NCBI GenBank assembly: GCA_963699765.1
Contig: CAVOVD010000007.1
Location: forward strand, 217,894-281,893
Origin: an uncultured beta proteobacterium
GTDB taxonomy: Bacteria > Pseudomonadota > Gammaproteobacteria > Burkholderiales > Casimicrobiaceae
Length of the DNA: 64,000 nt
Direction of reading: 5' to 3'
Shown: one piece after another, positions 45,760-57,049 of the stretch
Layout of the letters: each line of letters starts with the position of its first letter
Numbering within the stretch: the first letter of the stretch is position 1
Notes under the pieces: generated by a model
Databases searched by the model: none
What the model was told of the DNA's origin: nothing
Seen by the model: only the letters and a program-made list of their open reading frames with translations
Made by a program: the position numbers and the translations under genes

Positions 45760-46955
45760 TGAACAGCCCGTCCAGGCCGCCGTCGTACCGCGCGCGCGCC
45801 GCACGCCAACGCGGCGCCGGCATCATCGAGGTGATGGTCGGCGTGCTGATCGGCATGATCGTGGTCGCCGTCGTCTACAACGTGCTGGTGCTGGCCGAAG
45901 GCTACAAGCGCAGCACCATCGGCGTGGCCGACGCGCAGGTGACCGGGCAGCTGACCCAATACATCGTCGGCCGCGAAGTCGCCAACGGTGGCGCCGCGCT
46001 GATGATGAGCGCCCCGGATCTCATCAATTGCAGCGACTGGCGGCTGAGGCCGTTGCCGGTGCTCATTACCGCTGGCGCCAGTGCCAACCAGTCGGATCAA
46101 TTGCTCGTCTACTACAGCACCTCGGCGCGTGTCGTCCATCCTGTCTGGTTTTCCGGCCGTCGTGAACTCGCCGGCTCCCTTCGCGGTCGACAGCCCCAAC
46201 GGTTTTCAGGTGGACGACTGGGTCATCGCCACCAACCGTGGAGCAAACTGTTCGCTGGCGCGGGTCACTGGTGTCGCCCCGTTCGGAGCGGCCGGACCTT
46301 TTCCGCCCGCCGACGAAAACGGCCGGGTCGCGCTGACCTACACTCCGGCATCGGCCTTCAATTTCAATGCCGATTCGCGCCTCATCAATCTGGGGCGGCA
46401 GATGATGCGCGTCCGCTACACGGTCGATTGGGACCCGACGCTGGCGCCCGCGCTCCGGGGCAAGGCACAACTCAACAGCCAGAACGTGAACTGGCTCGAC
46501 CCGGGCTTTCCCTTGCCCACCGTGCCGCTGGCACAGAACGTCGTGCTGCTGAAGGCCCAGTACGGCGTGGACACCGACGGCGACAACGACGTCGACTGCT
46601 GGACCTCGGCGGTCACGGCGTCCGCCTGTGGCGGTGTCGATTTCCGCGGCCCGACCGATCCCGCCACTCTGGGCGGGCGGCGGCGTATTTGCCAACGGAG
46701 TGACATCTGGCGCAGGTGCGCTCGATCAAGGCGGTGCGCATCGCCATCGTCGTGCGCAGCGAACACCAGGAGCGCCAGGATGCGCTGTCGGCCAGCCTGG
46801 TCAACCAGAGCGCGTGGCTGTTCAACTGCGCCGCCAACGACGCGACCTGCCAGGGCCGCATCCAGATCAACAACACGGTTCTCGACGACTACAGCCGCTA
46901 CCGCATCTACGAAACCGTGATTCCGCTGCGCAATTCCATCTGGAACAACTCATGA
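45759..46955 (+). CDS. pilW: Type IV pilus assembly protein PilW; frameshifts near 46155 and 46690
   Basis: QRG|AGIIEVMVGVLIG, LKAQYGVDTDGD, IKAVRIAIVVRS, RYRIYETVIPLRN. Confidence 0.85.
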
Positions 46956-47595
46956 ACCCGGTGCCTCTTCGCGCGGCCCGCCGCACGGCTGCGCGACGCC
47001 CGCAACGCGGCGTCGTGCTGTTCGTGGCGCTGATCGGCATGGTGGTCCTGAGCCTCGGCGCGGTGGCGCTGCTGCGCTCGGTGGATTCGGGCACGTCGAT
47101 CGCCGGCAACCTTGCCTTCAAGCAGGCGTCGATCGGACCCGTCAATTATGCGGTCGAGCAGGCCAACTACAACCTCTTCGTAGGCGCCCGCCGCGGAACC
47201 GGATTCCGAACAGCGCCTTCAACCACTGGCCGGCGCTGAACTACTACGCCAATCTGCAGGCCGGAGAATCCGCCAGCCGGGATTCCCGCCGGAATCTATG
47301 GTCACTCCTATACGTATCCGGCCGGATTCACCAAGTTCACCGACCCGACCACCGGGTACGACGTGCGCTGGATCATCGAGAGCATGTGCGCCAGCCCCTA
47401 CGAGGGCGATGCGCTGTCCGGTCGACGGCATGCAGGCTTGCGACACCCTGATTCCCAAGGTCGGCGCAGGGCGGCACGACCATGAATCTGCGCGACCTCA
47501 AGAATCTGGTCGAAAAACAGCCGCTGTATCGCGTCTCGATCCGCGTCGACGGCCCCTCGAACACCGTCACTTACGCTCAGGCGATGCTGCGCTAG
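46952..47595 (+). CDS. pilX: Type IV pilus assembly protein PilX; several frameshifts
   Basis: QRG|VVLFVALIGMVVLSL (no Glu5), IAGNLAFKQ, WIIESMC, YRVSIRVDGPSNTVTYAQAML. Confidence 0.8.
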
Positions 47596-47611
47596 TCGCC
47601 ATACCCTACGG

Positions 47612-50600
47612 ATGGCCACCATGAACGCGACCCCGACCCCGACCAGCCCCGCCCGCCGCGCCACAGCTGCGGTCGTGGCGCTCGCCTTGACCTTCGGTCC
47701 GCTGGCGCCCGGAGCCTACGCCGCGCCGACGGTGCTGACCGACCAGCCGATCGCCGCCAAGGTCGCCGCCAAGCCCAACATCATCTACACGCTCGACGAT
47801 TCGGGCAGCATGTCGCTCAACTACATCCCGGACTACGTGTCGGGGACCAACCCGATCAACACGCCGCCCGGCTATTGCCGGAACCCCAACGGCTTTGACG
47901 TCACCGCCTGCAACACCGATTACCTGCGCGGCCTGGACGAGCCGATGTTCGCAGCGGATTTCAACCGCCTGTACTACAACCCCAACGTCAACTACGAGCC
48001 GCCGGTCGACGGCGCCGGCAACCAGGCGAGCGCCGCCGCGCCCAACGGCGCGCCCGCGGCATCCGCGTATCGGATGCAGACAGCGGCCAACACCACCAAC
48101 TGGACGGTGGTGCGCAACGACCCCTACCTCGCGCCGACGGGTGCTTCGACCAACCTCGCCGCCAGGGTCCTGACCCGGGTCTTCTGCAACACCGACTGGC
48201 CGCGCGACACGTCGGTCAATGCCGACGACGCGACCTCCGGCTGGGCCGAGGTCGGCGACCCGGTCACCGGCGAGTACACGGCCACCGCCGGACGCGACTG
48301 CCGGATCAACGGCACCGCCTACGACGCGCTGGACGGCGCGCCGGCGGTGACCGGCGACTACAACTATCCGTACTTCCGCAACTCCGGATCGGTCAACGAT
48401 CCCAAGTACTTTTACCGCAGCCGGTATTACAACTCCTCCCACCGCTATCGCAACCTCTGGTGCAAGACCAATGCCCCCGGCTGGCCGACGAGCTGCACCA
48501 ACACCACGACCTGCGTGAATCCGCCCGTCACGGTGACCCCGCCGGTGCCGCAGACCTGCTTCTTCCAGAGCAACCAAAACGGCGGTCGGCGCGCCCTACA
48601 CCTATACGCCCGCGGGCTGCGACACCAACCCGCTGTACCAGTGGACCTGGGCGACGTCGACTACCGACTGCGTCGGCACCATCGGCGTCGAGTGCCTGGC
48701 CTGCAACCGGACCGGCACCCCGATCGTCACCGGCAAGAACGGCCGCTGCCGCCTCGCCAGTTCGACGGCGCCGGGCAGCGGCGGCAGCAACGCGACCTGC
48801 AACTGCTCGGGCGCGGGCTGCACGCTGCCGGCCTGCGCGGACTACGACCCGCCGGATGTCTGCGACGCGGCCGACTTCGTGCAGAACTGCACGACCAACG
48901 GCAGCGCCGCCTGCAATACCACCTACGGCACCACGACCGGCGCCACCGGCGGCTACACGCTGCTCAACGACGCCAACGGCCCCGGCATCACCTGCCGCCA
49001 CAACAACAGCACCGGCGCCTACGTGTCGAACCGTTTCACCTATCCGGAGTCCACCGCGACCAACGGCAACCTGTACAACAAGCTGGTCTCGACTTCGCAT
49101 TGCGGCACGATTCCCAGCCGGGTATCGGTTCCCAACCACTACTACACGATCGCCTCGGTGCAGTTCTGCAACAGCGACAGATCACCACCAACAACCACCA
49201 GTGGCGGGGCTTCGGCACCGGAACCTGCCAGACCAAGAACGACCTCGTCGACGTACAGGTTCGTGAAGTATGGCCAGTTCACCCGCGTCGGCCTGGTCAA
49301 CGACGGACGCACCTTCGGCTACACCGACGAGCTCACCGGCGTCGCCGGCACGCGCACCTTTGCCGAGGAAATGACCAATTACGCCAACTGGCATGCGTAC
49401 TACCGCACGCGCATTCTCGCCGCCAAGACCACGTCGGCCATCGCCTTCAACAACGTCGACCGGACCTACCGCGCCGGTTTCCACACGATGAATTTCACCG
49501 CGGCGTCGGGCAACACGACGGCGGACTGGCTGGACATCCTGGACTTCGACCCGGCGCATCGCGCCAACTGGTATGCCAAGCTGTTCGCGACCGCGATCAC
49601 GCCGATGATGACGCCGACGCTGGACGCGATGATCCGCATCGGCGAGGTCGTCACGCAGGGTTCGGGCGCGGTCGCGGGCCTGCCGGCACACACCGATCCG
49701 TTCCCGACCAACGTCGCCACCGGCAATCCGGTGACCTGCACCAACAACTATCACATCCTGTTCACCGACGGCGAGACCAACCAGCTCACGCTGCCCACGG
49801 TGGCCGGCGAGGTCGACGGCAGCACGATTCCGGCGCGGGTGGCCAATGGCACGCTGCCACCCGACCCGGGTGCGTCCGATCCCGCGCGCACGGTCGCCTC
49901 CTTCGTCACCGGTGCGGCCTGGCCGCGGCCGTTCCGCGATGCGGCCTCGCCCACGGCGAACACGCTCGCCGACGTTTCGCTGCACTACTGGATGCAGGAT
50001 CTGCGGCCGACGCTGCTCAACGATGTCCCGTCTTCCGACGGGCGCGCCGGCAAGGATCTCGACTGGAAGCGCAATCCCGCCTGGTGGCAGCACGTCAGTC
50101 TCTCGGCGATTTCCTTCGGTTCCGACGGCCTGCTCGACTCCACCGACGTGGCAGGCAAGACCGACCAGATCGCTGCCGGCACCGTCAACTGGTTCACCAA
50201 CCCCAACTACCCGCGTCCGCCCAATTCGCCCAACAATCCATCCACCGGGACCAAGCCGGCGACGGCGATCGACGACCTGTGGCACGCGACGGTGAATTCG
50301 CGCGGCACCTTCGTCTATGCGGAAACGCCTACCGAGGTCGCCTACGGCCTGGGCAAGATCATTTCCGGCATCGGCAACAACCCGAAGGCGCGCGTCGGCG
50401 CCTCCTTCGCCAGCCAGGCTCTGACCGGGAGCAACAATTTCATCTACACGGCGACCATCGAGGCCGGCTGGTCGGGCGACCTCAAGAAGATCACCGTGGA
50501 CACCCTCACGGGTGCGCAGGGCGCCGTCCGCTGGTCGGCGGCGTCCAAACTCGACACGCTGCTGGCCACGCCGGCGGCCGGCACCTCGCCGGTGCTGGAT

Positions 50601-52367
50601 TCCGATAACGCTTGGTACCTCAGCCGGCGCGTCGTGACCAGGAACTCCTCGTCCGGCACCGTGGTTCCGTTCCTGTACCCGAATCTCGCGGCGACGCAAC
50701 TCGCCACGCTCGGCGTGTCGGCGGCAGCCCAGCAGCGCGCCATTGCCTACCTGCGCGGCGGCTCGACGTTCGGGGCAGGCCCGACGCCCCAGGTCATCGA
50801 GGGCGTGCGCATCGGCCAGTTCCGCGAGCGCAACGGCAAGCTCGGCAACATCAGCGACTCCAGGCCGGTGATCGTCGGCGGGCCGGTCTACGATTTCACC
50901 GACGTCGACGACTATGGATATGAAGCGTACAAGGCCGCCAACGCCTCGCGCGCACTGCGCGTCTACGTCGGCGCCAACGACGGCATGTTCCACGTGTTCA
51001 ACGGCGAGGACGACACCGGCCCCAACACCGGCGGCACCGAAACCTTCGCCTATATCCCCAGTTCGCTGTTCAACAACGCGCTGGACGAAGGCGGCAAGCG
51101 CAAGGGCCTTCGTGCGCTGACGTTCCAGGATGGCGGCGCGCCGATCTTCAAGCACCACTTCTACGTGAACGGGCCGCCGCGGGCGATGGACGTCGACTTC
51201 GCCAACTGCGGCACCAATTCCAGCTGCGCGCCCGACTGGCGCACCATCGTGGTCAGCGGCCTCGGCAAGGGCGGCAACACCTACTTCGCCATCGACGCGA
51301 CCAACCCGGCGGTCGCGTCCGAGGCGCAGGCGGCGTCCAAGGTGCTGTGGGAATACACGTTGCCCGGCAGCCAGTTTTCCTATGGCCGCCCGATCATCGC
51401 CAAGACCCGCGCCGACGGTTGGGTGGTGGTCATCGCCTCGGGCTACAACAATACCGATGACGGCAAGGGGCACCTGTACTTCCTGCGCGCGTCCGACGGC
51501 ACGCTGATCCGCCGGCTCGACACGACCGGCGCGGATACGGGGTCGGTCGCGAACCCGAGCGGGCTGACGCAGATCAACGGCTTCACCAGGGATCTGCGCA
51601 ACCAGATCATCGAACAGATCTATGGCGGTGACCTGAATGGCAGGTTCTGGCGCTGGGACGTGTCCGACCCCGATGCCTCGACCTGGCAGGCCAAGACGCG
51701 GCTGCTGGCCACGCTGACCGATCCCTCGGGCGTGCCGCAGCCGGTGACCACCGCGCCGCGGATCGAGATCGACATCAACAACGGCGTGGAACGCTTTGTG
51801 TTCATCGGCACGGGCAAGCTGCTGGACCCCAGCGACCTCACGTCGCCCAGCCCCGAGCAGATCCAGACCATGTACGCGATCCACGACGGGACACTCCTGA
51901 ATCCATCCTCGACCGGGCTGCCGATCACGCCGCGCAGCACGCTCGCCTCCGCCTCCGGGGTCGCCGGCGTGGGCGCGATCGCGCCAAACGGCTGGTACCA
52001 TGACCTGCCCGCCGGACAGCGCATCGTCGTCGACGTGCAGTCGGCATTGAATTTCGTCGTCTACGCGGGCACGGCCGTGCAGCCCGATCCCTGCCTGACG
52101 TCGCTGCCCGCGTACATCTATGCCCGGGATCTGTCGACGGGTGAATCGTTGATCTACTCGGGTGGAGTTGTGCAGCCGTACTATTTCACGACAGAAGGCG
52201 TGGTCGGGCTGGAACTCATCGCGCTCGACAGTCCGACGAGCACATTCCCGGTGCTGAGAATTGCCGGTTCCCCGGAAATCGCCGGCAAGGACCAGTTGAT
52301 CGTCGAAGTGAAACCAAAGGCCGGTGGCGGCGGCCACCGCCTGTCGTGGCGGCTGCTCGCCGAATGA
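47612..52367 (+). CDS. pilY1: PilY1/PilC pilus tip adhesin, roughly 1580 aa; frameshifts near 48585, 49180 and 49250
   Basis: Signal peptide, KPNI..TLDDSGSM (MIDAS), YYNPNVNY.PP, NYANW.AYYRTR, FTDG, DDLWHA, VYVGANDGMFH, YGGDLNG.FWR.D. Confidence 0.9.
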
Positions 52368-52421
52368 CGGGGCGCCACCCGGCAAAGGCCGCCTGACGCG
52401 GTCCGCGCCTTGATTCCTTGC

Positions 52422-52452
52422 AGGGGCGGCGCGACGCGTCGCCCCTTTTTTT
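52422..52452 (+). terminator. Rho-independent terminator after pilY1
   Basis: GGGGCGGCGC-GAC-GCGTCGCCCC stem-loop followed by T7. Confidence 0.8.
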
Positions 52453-52465
52453 GCCAAACCCGCCG

Positions 52466-53270
52466 ATGTCGACCGCCCAACTCGCCCTGCCTCGCAGTTT
52501 CGGCGCGCTGTCGCCCGCGCTGGCGGCCTCGCTGCTGGTGCATGCGACCATTCTTGTCGTGTTGATGTCGTGGGTGTCCCTTGGCGAGCGGTCGGCGAAC
52601 GACGACCAGACGGCGCTGGCCGTGCGCCTGGTCGGCGAGCCGCAGTTGGCGCCACCAGCCCCGGCGGCGGTGTCGCCACCGGAGCAGGTGGCCGTCGCAC
52701 CTCGCGGACCACGGCATCGCGACCATGCCCGCGCCCGCCCCCGCGCCAAGCCGGACGACGCCGCCGCAACCGGCTGCGTCGGCCGATCCGATGCCACCGT
52801 CCACGTCGACAGCGCCGGCGCGCGCGGTGCCGCTGGGATCGGTCGACGTGCGCCTGCAGGATCAGGCGCTGATGACCGGACTGCCCAATGTTCTCGCCGA
52901 GCGCACGACGAGCGAATTCCCGGTCGAAGTTCTCCGGCTGGTCCGGATGCCGTCCCGGCCGGCGGTCGCCTACCCGCCGGAAGCACTTGCGGCGCAGCGC
53001 CAGGGCAGCGTGCTCGCCTGGATCACGGTCGAGGCCGACGGCAGCGTCGAGGAAGTCATCATCGTCGAGGGCGAAGCCGAATTCGCCGCGGCGGTGGAGG
53101 CCGCACTGGTCGCCACGCGCTTCGCGCCGGCGGTGGACCGCAGCGGGCCGATCCGCTTCTACACGCTGCTGCGTTTCGACTTCGCCGGTGGCTCGCCGGC
53201 CGCGGCCGCGGCGGCGGCCGCCGAAGCCGACACCGCGCCGCGCACCGCGGTGCTGCCGGCCAGACCCTAG
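52466..53270 (+). CDS. TonB-family protein; frameshift near 52700
   Basis: N-terminal TM with SxxxH (ASLLVHA), Pro-rich linker, YPPEAL...QGSV...V.ADGSV, F.PA TonB_C motifs. Confidence 0.75.
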
Positions 53271-54775
53271 CCCATCATCGGCATGTGGAAGCCCGGCGCC
53301 GCGCTGCCGTCGTCGGGCCAGCGGGTGGTGAGCGTCTTCATCCGGGTGTAGAAGCGCACGCCGTCCAGGCCGTGCACGTTGAGGTCGCCGAACAGCGAGG
53401 CCCGCCAGCCGCCGAAGGAGAAGAACGCCATCGGCACCGGTATGGGCACGTTGACCCCGACCATGCCGATCTCGGCATCCTGCTGGAAGCGGCGCGCGGC
53501 GAAGCCCGAGCGGGTGAAGATCGCCGCGCCGTTGGCGTAGGGATTGGCGTTGACCAGCGCGATGGCGTCGGTCAGCGACTCCACCCGGACCACGACCAGC
53601 ACCGGGCCGAAGATCTCGTCGCGATAGATCGTCATCGACGGCGTCACCGCGTCGAACAGCGTCGGGCCGACGAAAAACCCGGACTCGTGTCCGGGCACGC
53701 CGGGACGGCGGCCGTCGACGACCAGCTTCGCGCCCTCGTCGACGCCGCGGTCGATGCAGCCGACGATCCGGTCGCGCGCGGCCGCGGTGATGACCGGCCC
53801 CATCTCGATGTCCGGCGCATCCCCCGGACCGACGGCGACGCGGCGCGCTCGTTCGGCCAGGCGTTCGACCAGCGCGTCGGCGACGTCGCCGACGGCGACG
53901 ATGGCGGAGATCGCCATGCAGCGCTCGCCGGCCGAGCCGTAGCCCGCGCCGATGATCGCCTCGGTGGTGAAATCGAGATCGGCATCGGGCAGCACGACTG
54001 CATGGTTCTTGGCACCGCCCAGCGCCTGGACGCGCTTGCCGTGATGCGCGCCGGTTTCGTAGATGTACTTCGCAATCGGGGTCGAGCCGACGAACGAGAT
54101 GGCCTTCACCAGCGGGTGCACGAGCAGCGCGTCGACCGATTCCTTGTCGCCATGGACGACGTTGAACACGCCATCGGGCAACCCGGCCTCCTTCAGCAGT
54201 TCGGCCATGCGCAGCGACAGCGTCGGATCGCGCTCGGAGGGCTTCAGCACGAAGGTGTTGCCGCAGGCGATGGCCACCGGATACATCCACATCGGCACCA
54301 TCGCCGGGAAGTTGAACGGCGTGATCCCCGCGCATACGCCCACCGGCTGGCGCAGCGAGAAGCTGTCGACTTCCGTGCCCACGTTTTCGCTGAACTCGCC
54401 CTTGAGCACATGCGGGATGCCCGTGGCGAACTCGACCACCTCGATGCCGCGCGTCACCTCGCCGGCGGCGTCGGCGAGCGTCTTGCCGTGCTCCTGGGTG
54501 ATGATCTTCGCCAGTTCCGGCTTGTGCGCCTCCATCAGGTCGCGAAAGCGCATCAGGATGCGCGCGCGGCGCAGCGGCGGCTGCGCCCGCCATCCGGGCA
54601 GCGCGGCCGCGGCGGCCTGCACGGCGGCATCGACGTCGGCGGCGTTGCCCAGCGGGACGTGACGCACCACCTCGCCGGTGGCCGGATTGGTCACTTCGCC
54701 ATAGCGCCTGGTCTGCGCGGCGACCGGCTTGCCGCCGATCCACAGCGGCAGGCGTTCGAGCGTGGTCAGGTCCAT
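53267..54775 (-). CDS. mmsA: CoA-acylating (methyl)malonate-semialdehyde dehydrogenase
   Basis: ITPFNFPAMVP, KPSERDP, FVGSTP, GGAKNH, GSAGERCMA, GVNVPIPVP. Confidence 0.93.
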   Translation of the reverse strand: MDLTTLERLPLWIGGKPVAAQTRRYGEVTNPATGEVVRHVPLGNAADVDAAVQAAAAALPGWRAQPPLRRARILMRFRDLMEAHKPELAKIITQEHGKTLADAAGEVTRGIEVVEFATGIPHVLKGEFSENVGTEVDSFSLRQPVGVCAGITPFNFPAMVPMWMYPVAIACGNTFVLKPSERDPTLSLRMAELLKEAGLPDGVFNVVHGDKESVDALLVHPLVKAISFVGSTPIAKYIYETGAHHGKRVQALGGAKNHAVVLPDADLDFTTEAIIGAGYGSAGERCMAISAIVAVGDVADALVERLAERARRVAVGPGDAPDIEMGPVITAAARDRIVGCIDRGVDEGAKLVVDGRRPGVPGHESGFFVGPTLFDAVTPSMTIYRDEIFGPVLVVVRVESLTDAIALVNANPYANGAAIFTRSGFAARRFQQDAEIGMVGVNVPIPVPMAFFSFGGWRASLFGDLNVHGLDGVRFYTRMKTLTTRWPDDGSAAPGFHMPMMG

Positions 54776-54816
54776 CGGGATTCTCCTTGAAGGGTGGCGG
54801 TCGCCGCCGCGGACGC

Positions 54817-55419
54817 TCAGCCGGGAAATTCCTGCAGCCGCGCGACATAGCGGGCCACGAGATCGATTTCGAGATTCACCTTTACGCCGGGCACGAGCGC
54901 CTTGAGCGAGGTGACTTCGAGTGTATGCGGGATCAGGTTGACGGCAAAGCGGACGCCATCGACCGTATTGACGGTCAGGCTCACGCCCTGCACGGCGACC
55001 GAACCCTTTGCGGCGATGAATCGCGCCAGCGATGCCGGGGCGTCGATTTCCAGCAGCCAGCTGCCGTGGGGATCGTCGGCGACGGCGGCAAAGGCGTGCA
55101 CGACGCCGACCCCGTCGACATGGCCGGTCATCAGGTGGCCGCCCAACCGGTCGGACAGGCGCAGCGCGAGTTCGAGATTCACCTCGCCAGGGCCGTCGAG
55201 CCCGGCCGTGCAGCGCAGCGTTTCCCGCGAGACGTCGAAGTCGAGCAACGTCCCCCGCTGCGCGATGACCGTCAGGCAGCAACCGCTGACCGCGACGCTG
55301 TCGCCGATGGCCAGGTCGGTGAACGCCGGCGTGCCGGTGTCGACGGTGAGGCGCAGGCCGTCGCCCTGCGGCGTCGCCGCGACGATGCGGCCGGTGCGCA
55401 GAACAATGCCGGTGAACAT
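54817..55419 (-). CDS. ribE: Riboflavin synthase (alpha chain)
   Basis: MFTGIV, GDSVAV.G.CLT, VNLE, GGH..TGHVD, KGSV...GVSLT. Confidence 0.95.
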   Translation of the reverse strand: MFTGIVLRTGRIVAATPQGDGLRLTVDTGTPAFTDLAIGDSVAVSGCCLTVIAQRGTLLDFDVSRETLRCTAGLDGPGEVNLELALRLSDRLGGHLMTGHVDGVGVVHAFAAVADDPHGSWLLEIDAPASLARFIAAKGSVAVQGVSLTVNTVDGVRFAVNLIPHTLEVTSLKALVPGVKVNLEIDLVARYVARLQEFPG

Positions 55420-56519
55420 CAGCGAGTCTCCTCCGGGCGGCGGGCGAGAATGCGCAGGTCCGCGCCGACCCGACACACGTCGTGCCAGTGGAACTGCGAC
55501 CGCGCCGCGAGCGCGGCGAGCGGGGCGCGCCGCTCGAACATGCCGCGCGCCGGATCGCCGAGGATCGCCGGCGCGACGTAGAGCAGCAGTTCGTCGACGA
55601 GGCCGGCGTCAAGCAGCGCGCCGTTAAGCCGCGCGCCCGCCTCGACGTGCAGTTCGTTGATGCCGCGTTCCGCCAACGCGCGCAGCATCGCCGCGAGGTC
55701 GACGCGGCGATCGGCGTCCGGCAGCGCGAGCACCTCGGTCCCGTCCGGCCATTGCGTATTGCGCTCGCCGTTGGTGACCATCCAGGCGCCGCCTGCGCCG
55801 AAGATGCGTGCGCTCGCGGGCGTCTGGCCGTGCCGGTCGACGACCACCCGCCGCGGCTGGCGCGTGGTCGGCACGTCGCGGACCGTCAGCTGCGGATCGT
55901 CCTGCAGCACCGTGCCGATGCCGGTGAGGACCGCGCAGGCGCGCGCGCGCCAGGCATGCCCGTCCGCGCGCGCTTCGGCTCCGGTGATCCACTGGCTGGT
56001 TCCATCGGCCAGCGCCGTGCGCCCGTCGAGGCTCGCGGCGATCTTGCTGCGCACCCAGGGCCGCCCGCGCCGCATTCGCGACACGAAGCCGATGTTGATT
56101 TCGCGCGCGGCGTTCTCCTCCACTCCCGGATCGACGGCGATGCCCGCGGCGGTCAATCGGTCCGCGCCGCCTTCCGCGTCGGGATTCGGATCGGCGAGCG
56201 CGATGACCACGCGCGCGACGCCGGCCGCGACGATGGCATCGACGCAGGGCGGCGTGCGGCCATGGTGCGCGCAGGGTTCCAGCGTCACGTACATGGTCGC
56301 GCCGCGCGGGTCGCAGCCGCGGCGCCGGGCGTCGGCCAGCGCGGCAACCTCGGCGTGCGCTTCGCCCGCGCGCGCATGCCAGCCCTCGCCGATGACTGCG
56401 CCGTCGCGTACCAGCACGCAGCCGACGCGCGGGTTGGGCGTGGCGGTGAACAGGCCGCGGGCCGCGAGCTCGAGCGCCCGCGTCATGTGCGCGCGGTCGG
56501 CGTCGGAGATCGCGCCCAT
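55419..56519 (-). CDS. ribD: Bifunctional riboflavin deaminase/reductase RibD
   Basis: PNPRVG, HAEV, TLEPC.H.GRTPPC, SLDG, S.WIT, VEAG. Confidence 0.96.
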   Translation of the reverse strand: MGAISDADRAHMTRALELAARGLFTATPNPRVGCVLVRDGAVIGEGWHARAGEAHAEVAALADARRRGCDPRGATMYVTLEPCAHHGRTPPCVDAIVAAGVARVVIALADPNPDAEGGADRLTAAGIAVDPGVEENAAREINIGFVSRMRRGRPWVRSKIAASLDGRTALADGTSQWITGAEARADGHAWRARACAVLTGIGTVLQDDPQLTVRDVPTTRQPRRVVVDRHGQTPASARIFGAGGAWMVTNGERNTQWPDGTEVLALPDADRRVDLAAMLRALAERGINELHVEAGARLNGALLDAGLVDELLLYVAPAILGDPARGMFERRAPLAALAARSQFHWHDVCRVGADLRILARRPEETR

Positions 56520-56536
56520 GCGGCGAACGTGCGCGC

Positions 56537-57013
56537 CTAGCGCCGCGTCCGCTTGGCGGGCGGCGGCGTCTCGACTTCCTTCAGCGCGTCGCGGAAATCG
56601 GACACGTGCTGGAACGACCGGTAGACCGACGCAAAACGAATGTAGGCGACCTTGTCGAGCTTGTAGAGCTCCTGCATCACCATTTCGCCGATCTGCCGCG
56701 ACGGGATCTCCCGCTCGCCGAGCGAGAGCACCTGCGCGACGATGCGGTCGATCGCCGCGTCGACGTACTCGGTCGGCACCGGCCGCTTGTGCAGCGCGCG
56801 CTGGAAGCCGACGCGGACGCGCGCCACGTCGAAGTCCGAGCGGTTGCCGTCGGTCTTGACGACCTGCGGCAGGCGCAACTCGACGGTCTCGTAGGTCGTG
56901 AACCGCTTCTGGCAATCGAGGCAGCGGCGGCGGCGGCGGATCGAATCGCCCTGCTCCGACACCCGCGAGTCGACCACCTGCGTCTCCGCGCTGCCGCAGA
57001 ACGGGCACTTCAT
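56537..57013 (-). CDS. nrdR: Transcriptional repressor NrdR
   Basis: [29 protein letters not shown]. Confidence 0.97.
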   Translation of the reverse strand: MKCPFCGSAETQVVDSRVSEQGDSIRRRRRCLDCQKRFTTYETVELRLPQVVKTDGNRSDFDVARVRVGFQRALHKRPVPTEYVDAAIDRIVAQVLSLGEREIPSRQIGEMVMQELYKLDKVAYIRFASVYRSFQHVSDFRDALKEVETPPPAKRTRR

Positions 57014-57049
57014 GATCCGGCGCCGGCGTGCATGGGGCGTGGACCAGTC

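Noticed and set aside
52140-52330. Locally lower GC at the pilY1 3' end (and in mid-pilW) as a sign of foreign DNA
   Set aside because: Visual impression over short stretches, not quantified; no boundaries or mobility genes.
49182-54848. 1888-aa minus-strand ORF and other very long ORFs (27109..30672 +, 3559..5889 +, 40827..43373 +, 57555..60197 -)
   Set aside because: Arg/Gly/Ala-rich shadow frames overlapping well-supported genes, expected in high-GC DNA; no motifs.
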